Of a stretch of DNA of 35,503 bases, positions 28,808-35,503 are shown piece by piece (the stretch's first letter is position 1; every line of letters begins with the position of its first letter). The translations under genes and the position numbers were made by a program. The DNA lies in IMG/VR virus record IMGVR_UViG_3300030433_003096, positions 1-35,503 of that record. One strand, 5' to 3'. The notes under the pieces are model-generated. The model did not search any database. It was not told the origin of the DNA and worked only from the letters and a program-made list of their open reading frames with translations. The DNA is from a virus (Duplodnaviria; Caudoviricetes).

Positions 28808-31800
28808 TTAGTTTCCTTGTGATGTTTTTTTACTATTTGCAGTTGCTACTAAACTGCTGAACATTGCTTGCTTTGTTGTTCTAAATGAATTTTTTACTTT
28901 TTCGTCATTATAGTTACCTAGAACTAAGCCACTAAATGCATTAAAATGAACCATATTTTGTAAGTTAAAGCATGCACTAACTAAAGTTTTATATTCTTCA
29001 CCATTAATTAGTTGATCATTTAAGTTTTTAAATTCTTCAATATCGCTTAAATTTGCAACTATAGACGTATCAGGAATATTTTTATAAAATTCTTTCCAAG
29101 TCAGGTCCATGTCTACCATGGTTTCTACCGGAGATATTACAGGAATCACTATAGAGAAAGTTCCATCAGGCGTGTGGACATGTTTTGGTCTTAAATTTTC
29201 AGAAATGTTCTCAATTTTCTTTTGAGGTCCAATATCCGTAAAAATAACAGAAGAGCCATCAAGGCAAATTGTATTTTTTTGAAATTGACAAGATTTTTTT
29301 GATGCTTCAAGCAAACTGTCTGATAATTTTTTGCTGTTAGGGTGCAGACCATTATCTATTATGTAATTTACAAAAAAGTCTTGAGCAAATTTCTTTACTT
29401 TAGGGTCAATCGAGTCGCTCTTGTCGGCATCGTCATACGCTATGCCGTAACATAGTCGTGATCCATATTTGACGTTTTTAAAGATTTCTTTTAAGGGTAA
29501 ATCCTTTGTTGAAGGGTTTAGAAAAGCATTGATCTTTTTTAACTGATTTGCATTTACCGCACCTTGAAGATAGTTGTCTCTTGCTAATAAAAGCAAATTA
29601 TTATCTTCAATCAAAAAATAATTTTGTATAAAAAACATTCCATTTTTAAAATAATTATAGCGATTGTCTTTAAACAGACTATAAGATCTATTAGACAAAT
29701 CATCTACTTCTGAGTAACTTACGTCATAAAGATAGTTTCCAGCTAATGTTGTCAATGTTCTAAGACCTGCATAGTCATGTACTGGAAATGACGTATTTCG
29801 ATCAAAAATAAATTTCCCACTTTCAATAAATGATTTTGGCTTAGAAATATTACTAGATGCTAGCGCTGACTTAAACTTGTCATAAACATCATGAAGATTG
29901 TATCCTATGTAAAATTCTAATCCTCTAGTCTCGCCTGTGTAATTAGGAAGGTTCATGTCTGATTTTTCAATGGCATATTTATATGCTTCATTAGAATAAG
30001 AAACAAGACTTGTGTACTCGGCTGCTGAAAGTTCTTCTCTAATTCTTTCAGATATATAAGGTTCTACTACTTCTCTAATTAAAACTCCGAGTTGTGTTAG
30101 ATCTCCATCATACGGATCAAATCCATCATAAAAAGGCATTGAGACTGCAAAATATTCTAAGATTTGCATTCTAATATATGTATGTAATATTCCATTCATT
30201 AAAGAAACTTGGGATGTGCTTTTTGTCTCACTATTTGTCGGATCATCATAATCTCCAGTATCATAATAATCAGATATTAATTTTTTTGCACCCTCATAAT
30301 CGATTATATTTTCTATATTTTGTTGCAAAGCATTAGAGTATGATTCTAAAATCGTAGATTGGTCGCCTTGCCATAGATATCCAACTACTTTTGCATACCT
30401 TTCAATCATCTGTTCGTATATTAATGAAAATAGTCGATCCTGATAAGACGTTAAGGTATTTGGCAGGCTATCCTCAGTGATCGAATACGGGACAGGGCTA
30501 GGATGTAAATCACCTTTTCCATCTTTTGAATTATTTTTAAAATAATTTTGTATTAAAGAGTAAAACAAAATTTGCTGTCTAGATAGCGACAAAGTTGTAT
30601 TTGCTTTATTATAGTTGCTATCACTTACCATTATCGCTTCAATAGATGGATTTAATTTTTTAGGACCGACTGCTACTTGTAACGACGCAGAATCGTCCAC
30701 AGAGAGATTTAAAATTCTTTCAGAGCCATCGTTTAGCAAAGATATTAAAGGATATTTGTCTGAATTCAACGAAAACCATGTATTTTGATAAATTTTTCCT
30801 GATGGGTTTGTCTCAATCAAATTTGTGCTAATCAGTTTTTCTGATAGAGACTGTAGTGGTGCCTCATAATTTAAGAAATATTGACTACTTTCGCTTTTTG
30901 CAATCTCTCGTGAAGGGTCAAGAGTTACTTTGGTTAAACTATCGACCACCAAATCATGATTAGCAGGTTTATTTTTTATGCTAGAAAGTATGCCCTTTTC
31001 TCCAGTTTCTTTATTATTAAATAGTTTTGGCTGAATCGTACAGTTATCTGATATTAAACTGATTATTTCTTGATATTTTTCTATTTTTGAATTAAATTCT
31101 TTGTCACATATAGAATTATACACTTCAGGATCCGGACATTTTTCTTTCATTTTCTTTTTTAATTCTTCACATATGTCTACACAATTGTCTGGATTTGATA
31201 TTTTATTGTATATGTCCTGTTGTACTTTTTGTTTGATTTTGTCAGATACATTTCCACCTAAACAGACAAACATTTCTACAATTTTTGATGATGTGTTTTT
31301 ATATTGAGCAATAGTGGGAAAATTATTTTGTGTGTATTTAAGAACAACATTTGCCAAAGAAGGTCTGGCTGTTCCATCAAAAAGTGCTAAAATCTCAACT
31401 GGTGATGTTATTAAAGAAATGCCATCTAAATAATCTCTAGCAGTTTTCGCATCAACTGGTGCTCCGCAGTTTTTAAATATTATTGTTAAATTTTCATCAT
31501 ATTCTTGATCGCTGGTTGATCCGATAGACTGCGATATCAAGTTGTTACAATTTTCTGCACCATAGTCTAAAGGAGCAGTTATTAGAGGATTGGGTACTGC
31601 TGAATTTCCTTCGTCGTCTTTATAACCAGCATACAATGCCGCTCCTGCCAAGCCAGTACCGACCGCAGCACCTGCTATTGCTGCCGTTACCAATATTTCA
31701 CACCAAAGCGTAGCAAAAAATTTAATAAATTGATTTTTTATTAAAGATACTAGATCTTGTATCTGTCCAATTGTTAGATCATAAATTATACCCAAAAAGC

Positions 31801-33463
31801 TAAAAGAAGGTAATCTCCAGTCACCAAAATCTATATCCGACCACCAATCACCCCAATCAGCGCCAAAGGCCCATTCTGCTATATCATCCCAGTCAATTTC
31901 ATCGTTGTCGGTTCCAATTCCCGGCAACTTAATTTCTTCATTTCCGAGGAAAGTACATATCCATGCTGCTATGCCAACAATATCACTAGAATATAAAAAC
32001 TGTGAATCTCTATATTCTGATGCTCGAAGTCGGAAAGCGTCTAGCATTCTTTGATTTTCAGGATCTCCAAAACATCCCACTAATTGTTCCGATTGTTTCA
32101 AATCAAATAAATTTCCAAATTCTTTTGCTATAGCGGTTAAGAATAATGATGTTTCTAAGTATATGCCCAGCCTCTCTGAAACAATTGGTGTGATGTTTTC
32201 CTGAGATTTTTCAGTCCAAGATATGCTTGTTATGGAGGGGACAGGATCTATGACATATTCATCGAAAAACTGTTTTAAAGTTATACCTTCTGCACAGACA
32301 TCCTCTTGTTTAAGAAACAGATATCCAAATCTTGGCTCATTAAAAGGAGAGGAATTTTTAACCATATTTATTCCACTAGACAAAACCTTCTCTTGCCCAG
32401 AGTTGTTTATGTAGTGAACAGACAAAAGTTTATAATTCGAGTCGAAACATACTTTAATTGTACTATTTGCTTGATTTTTTTCGCAAGGATCTGAAGATGC
32501 CTTCTTATTTTCTTTACTCTCCAAATTGATATTGTTTTGTTTAAGCAAAAATTTAATTTTATTTATGGCTTCTAATTGTTGAAAAATTTCATTTTCAAAA
32601 CTAAAATTCTTAACTTTAATATTAGAATTCATATACTTCAAAAAGTATTTTTTATAGCACTCTTTTATGTTTGACTGTAACTCATCTAAATCGTCAATAG
32701 AGTTTGCTACTAATGATACACACAGATCTTCATTAACTTCCACTGCTGGTTCTGACAATGGGTTGTTTTGTTTTAAATATTCTATATAAACAGCGGGGAT
32801 AACGACTAGCATCATTAAATTTGATCCGGGTCTTGTGCTTAAATAATATTCCTTTACATAAGAACTCAAAAGACCATTATAGAACTGACCTGTGCTAATA
32901 ACATTTCCTTGTCCTTGTTTTGGTAAAGAAAAGAACTCATACATTTGATTAATTGCAGCCGCTTTCGCCTCTTCTTTTAATTCAGGCAAAGTGCCTTCAT
33001 CAATGCATGTATATGGTAGCGTTACGGTTACCCACCATTCTCCATTTCCTTCATATAATGATGGAAATTCTCTTTCTGTCCATGGCAAAGATTCAAATAT
33101 AACTCTTGCCATTTTATTATACGCAGTTACAGTTATTTCAGCCTTTGGTAAAATACTGTTTGACAAAGTTGATATTGGCTTTAAATTTGAAGTCTTTACA
33201 TATCCCTCAACGCCACTTGAAAAAACTTTTATATATGCCCAAGAGTTGTTTCCTGTTACCCATTCTCTCTGCATAATAACTTCTGTGGAGGGACTTAAAT
33301 CAAGTATTGTATTTGATGTTTGAATTGCATTTTCTTTTAAAGGCACAGACTGTGCTGGAGGTATGGTACTCTCATTCCATTCTTGCCCACTATCATTATA
33401 AGAAATTGGCACAGAACTAATTGTATGTGTTGCGTTACTTAATTGTTGAAAATTTAGTTCCAT
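28808..33463 (-). CDS. Large hypothetical protein (1551 aa) with N-terminal SH3b-like domain and central hydrophobic Gly/Ala helix
   Basis: VPLKENAIQTSNTILDLSPSTEVIM..WAYIKV..GVEGYVKTSNL (SH3b pattern). W/D-rich tract followed by ILVTAAIAGAAVGTGLAGAALYAGY. Sits between the spike and gp25 genes. Confidence 0.55.
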   Translation of the reverse strand: MELNFQQLSNATHTISSVPISYNDSGQEWNESTIPPAQSVPLKENAIQTSNTILDLSPSTEVIMQREWVTGNNSWAYIKVFSSGVEGYVKTSNLKPISTLSNSILPKAEITVTAYNKMARVIFESLPWTEREFPSLYEGNGEWWVTVTLPYTCIDEGTLPELKEEAKAAAINQMYEFFSLPKQGQGNVISTGQFYNGLLSSYVKEYYLSTRPGSNLMMLVVIPAVYIEYLKQNNPLSEPAVEVNEDLCVSLVANSIDDLDELQSNIKECYKKYFLKYMNSNIKVKNFSFENEIFQQLEAINKIKFLLKQNNINLESKENKKASSDPCEKNQANSTIKVCFDSNYKLLSVHYINNSGQEKVLSSGINMVKNSSPFNEPRFGYLFLKQEDVCAEGITLKQFFDEYVIDPVPSITSISWTEKSQENITPIVSERLGIYLETSLFLTAIAKEFGNLFDLKQSEQLVGCFGDPENQRMLDAFRLRASEYRDSQFLYSSDIVGIAAWICTFLGNEEIKLPGIGTDNDEIDWDDIAEWAFGADWGDWWSDIDFGDWRLPSFSFLGIIYDLTIGQIQDLVSLIKNQFIKFFATLWCEILVTAAIAGAAVGTGLAGAALYAGYKDDEGNSAVPNPLITAPLDYGAENCNNLISQSIGSTSDQEYDENLTIIFKNCGAPVDAKTARDYLDGISLITSPVEILALFDGTARPSLANVVLKYTQNNFPTIAQYKNTSSKIVEMFVCLGGNVSDKIKQKVQQDIYNKISNPDNCVDICEELKKKMKEKCPDPEVYNSICDKEFNSKIEKYQEIISLISDNCTIQPKLFNNKETGEKGILSSIKNKPANHDLVVDSLTKVTLDPSREIAKSESSQYFLNYEAPLQSLSEKLISTNLIETNPSGKIYQNTWFSLNSDKYPLISLLNDGSERILNLSVDDSASLQVAVGPKKLNPSIEAIMVSDSNYNKANTTLSLSRQQILFYSLIQNYFKNNSKDGKGDLHPSPVPYSITEDSLPNTLTSYQDRLFSLIYEQMIERYAKVVGYLWQGDQSTILESYSNALQQNIENIIDYEGAKKLISDYYDTGDYDDPTNSETKSTSQVSLMNGILHTYIRMQILEYFAVSMPFYDGFDPYDGDLTQLGVLIREVVEPYISERIREELSAAEYTSLVSYSNEAYKYAIEKSDMNLPNYTGETRGLEFYIGYNLHDVYDKFKSALASSNISKPKSFIESGKFIFDRNTSFPVHDYAGLRTLTTLAGNYLYDVSYSEVDDLSNRSYSLFKDNRYNYFKNGMFFIQNYFLIEDNNLLLLARDNYLQGAVNANQLKKINAFLNPSTKDLPLKEIFKNVKYGSRLCYGIAYDDADKSDSIDPKVKKFAQDFFVNYIIDNGLHPNSKKLSDSLLEASKKSCQFQKNTICLDGSSVIFTDIGPQKKIENISENLRPKHVHTPDGTFSIVIPVISPVETMVDMDLTWKEFYKNIPDTSIVANLSDIEEFKNLNDQLINGEEYKTLVSACFNLQNMVHFNAFSGLVLGNYNDEKVKNSFRTTKQAMFSSLVATANSKKTSQGN

Positions 33464-33473
33464 ATTATTGTCT

Positions 33474-34406
33474 CTAGTTTGTAGTATTATATTTACTCAA
33501 TATATATTTTGGACCATCAGAATTTAAATATTCTATTTTTGTTGCTGCTAAGTCCACTAGTTGATTAGTATGAGATGGAAAATCTTGAGAGGTTATTCCA
33601 ACAGAGTCAGTTGTGGCTGCTACAGCCAATTCCAAGGATGGTAGTGTCGGACCCGCAGCCGTTAGGTGAACATGAGAGGCTAGTATAGCATCCAAAGCCA
33701 ATTGCTTTGTCGCTAAAGAATTTATCATGCCCACTATTGCAACTAAATCATCTTGGACTTGATTTAAATACTTAACTAAATTTGCTCCTTTAACCAAAGG
33801 TTGGAGTTGATCACCTTTATTTCCTGCTATTAAATCAATACCTTTTACTCTCAAAATTTCTCCATCAAGAGAATTTAATCTTTCTGTTTTTGTAACTAGT
33901 TTTATTCCTTCTCTACCAATTACTCTTACTGCGTCAGCCTTCAAAGCAATTCCAGATCTTGCTATGGAATTGCCCACTTTCCCATCTGATATATTAAAAT
34001 TGTTGTCAATATCTGTTCTTTGACTTATATGTATTCTGGCGGCGTCTTTTTCAAAATTTGGGTCGACATATATCTTGTCTCCACTCTCATCTTCAACGCC
34101 CTCAGATGAAATGTGTCGACCAACCACAATATCGATAGACGCTGACTGAGTATCTCCTCTTCCACCATAACCAGAAAGTAAGCCTGCGGGGCGGTCTCGT
34201 CCAGTTACTATCTGACAATTGTTTTGACCGTTAACGTGGATGTCTTCGCAAGGCGCTTTTCTGAAATTAGGTATTGGTTCAATTTTTTTGCTATTAGCAA
34301 TGCCCTCCAGTTGTAAGCGCTCTCTTTCAGTTGCATTGCTTAAATTGTCTTTTAGTCTATTGCTATACCCTTTAAATTCATTTGGCTGTTTTATGCTATT
34401 TGACAT
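33474..34406 (-). CDS. Putative baseplate central spike, C-terminal part (gp5/gpV-like, HxH tip)
   Basis: Beta-strand-rich stretch (AARIHISQRTDID..GIALKADAVRVIGREGIKLVT..GIDLIAG), then PLVKGANL, a coiled coil and SHVHLTAAGPT. Confidence 0.65.
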   Translation of the reverse strand: MSNSIKQPNEFKGYSNRLKDNLSNATERERLQLEGIANSKKIEPIPNFRKAPCEDIHVNGQNNCQIVTGRDRPAGLLSGYGGRGDTQSASIDIVVGRHISSEGVEDESGDKIYVDPNFEKDAARIHISQRTDIDNNFNISDGKVGNSIARSGIALKADAVRVIGREGIKLVTKTERLNSLDGEILRVKGIDLIAGNKGDQLQPLVKGANLVKYLNQVQDDLVAIVGMINSLATKQLALDAILASHVHLTAAGPTLPSLELAVAATTDSVGITSQDFPSHTNQLVDLAATKIEYLNSDGPKYILSKYNTTN

Positions 34407-35270
34407 TTACAAGACATCCTCCCAGTTTCCAAAAGATGCTAACTTTTTGCTAGTAGAATTTTCTTTTGGAATTACTTTAGGCTTTGCTACTTGAGAGTCT
34501 TCGCTTGGCTGGGCGCTTTCTGATTGACCAGATGCTGCTGACGCCCCTGAAGACGCTTGCAAAGAATTGTCTGGCTGATGTGCACTAAGACCACTAGAAT
34601 TTAACCTGTTACTACGAACTGACATTTTTGTGGTTCCAAAAGGTCCAATGTAAACTCCTCCAAGACCCAAAGGACCCTGAATAAAGTCGACCCACACTAA
34701 AGACCCAATCTGCGGTATCGTTTCTGTTTCTAGACCACCCATGCAAGTAAATAAAGGGTGCATATCAATTATTATTTGCTCTTTTTTTCCACAATAATCT
34801 TCTCCATTTTTTTTTAATTTATCAAATTCTTTAGAAAAATCTTGATCACTTAGATCCTTTGGGAAGGTTATTGGCATTGGTATGTTTGCGTGAAGTTCTG
34901 GTATTCTTGCCCTAATTGAAAAAAGAGGAGCGACTTCGCCTTGTGCAGCAGATTGCGATCTTTCTGCCCAGTTTTCTTCAGATGGTTGAGGATCCATGTA
35001 ATTGTTTTCTACTTTTAAGACAACAGCAACATATGGTCCTTTTAATGGTAATCTTCCTACAAAACTAGTTTTTTCAACTGCTGCGTTAAACTGTTGCATT
35101 ACAGTTTGTGGTCCCTTCGCAGAAAATGGAACATTTGTTGTTCCAGAATTTACATATGGGTTCAAAGTTCCTGCTGGTGCTCTGAGATGGATGAATTGGG
35201 ACTTTTGCTTTCGAGTATCTTGGTTTCCAGATGCCCCTTGGAAACCTTCAGTCGTTTCATTATTAGACAT
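34407..35270 (-). CDS. Putative gp5/gpV N-terminal OB-fold-like protein
   Basis: YVAVVLKV..IRARIPELH..PQIGSLVWVDF..GVYIG matches the 'P.vG..VwV.F' OB-fold pattern. Low-complexity S/A/Q tail. Abuts the spike gene. Confidence 0.55.
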   Translation of the reverse strand: MSNNETTEGFQGASGNQDTRKQKSQFIHLRAPAGTLNPYVNSGTTNVPFSAKGPQTVMQQFNAAVEKTSFVGRLPLKGPYVAVVLKVENNYMDPQPSEENWAERSQSAAQGEVAPLFSIRARIPELHANIPMPITFPKDLSDQDFSKEFDKLKKNGEDYCGKKEQIIIDMHPLFTCMGGLETETIPQIGSLVWVDFIQGPLGLGGVYIGPFGTTKMSVRSNRLNSSGLSAHQPDNSLQASSGASAASGQSESAQPSEDSQVAKPKVIPKENSTSKKLASFGNWEDVL

Positions 35271-35503
35271 CAGCCTGTCTCCTTGATTAAGTCAAACAAC
35301 TCCTCCTTGTCTTGGCTGCTTAACTCATCAGAACCTGCTGTTTTCTTTTGAATGAGTGCACTTACTTTTACAAGTTGCTCGTTTGATCTTTGTAGGGTTT
35401 CAACATATTTGGCAGCAACCGTACCGACTTTTTCTTTGCGTTCGTCGTCTTTTTTCATATAATCCATCAACTCCATGAGTAGAGTTGTGGTAATAGCTCG
35501 GTC
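35270..35503 (-). CDS. Hypothetical coiled-coil phage protein (5' end outside the window)
   Basis: Frame stays open upstream of the listed ATG to the window edge (DRAITTTLL-MELMDY..AAKYVETLQRSNEQLVK). TGATG overlap with the next gene. Confidence 0.75.
   Translation of the reverse strand, partial: DRAITTTLLMELMDYMKKDDERKEKVGTVAAKYVETLQRSNEQLVKVSALIQKKTAGSDELSSQDKEELFDLIKETG

Noticed and set aside
28808-33463. Tape measure protein call for the 1551-aa ORF
   Set aside because: No periodic Ala/Gly-rich repeats along its length, Cys-rich with an SH3-like head, and not located next to tube/chaperone genes; not fully excluded.
26528-35270. Interpretation as a bacterial T6SS, eCIS or tailocin locus
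   Set aside because: T4-type gp6, a linked phage primase and RuvC, and no Tss/Afp ATPase or host genes favour a phage genome.
1526-35351. Numerous short plus-strand ORFs and nested minus-strand ORFs (6440..6652, 24315..24644)
   Set aside because: They lie within long minus-strand genes and show no recognisable motifs; consistent with shadow frames.
1-35503. Stop-codon reassignment
   Set aside because: The standard code gives near-complete coding coverage, and TAA, TGA (14009, 35270) and TAG (33474) all end genes at sensible boundaries.
1-35503. tRNA, CRISPR array, intron/intein, DGR, IS element, intrinsic terminator
   Set aside because: The largest gap is 82 nt; no spaced repeats, cloverleaf, RT/transposase, intein motifs or GC hairpin plus U-tract were seen by eye.

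Overview
AT-rich, very densely coded window in which every credible gene is on the minus strand, with short gaps or stop/start overlaps and the standard genetic code. It reads as part of a large contractile-tailed (myovirus-like, probably jumbo) phage genome. In transcription order (right to left): truncated coiled-coil hypothetical, gp5/gpV-like OB-fold protein, HxH spike protein, 1551-aa SH3/hydrophobic-helix protein, gp25-like, gp6-like wedge, DNRLRE-like protein, 3339-aa gpI/gp7-like LamG protein, 312-aa, 1417-aa, 1228-aa FN3-like, 322-aa, two paralogous tail-collar-like proteins (400 and 392 aa), RuvC-like resolvase, DNA primase, and a lipoprotein gene missing from the ORF track that runs off the left edge. 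The most notable signals are strong enrichment of a [ST]-[GAS]-S motif in only a subset of the structural proteins, an apparently split and duplicated tail-collar domain, a split spike gene followed by a giant possibly membrane-active protein, and a recurring CTAnTTA intergenic motif. All calls come from motif recognition by eye; no database searches were run.
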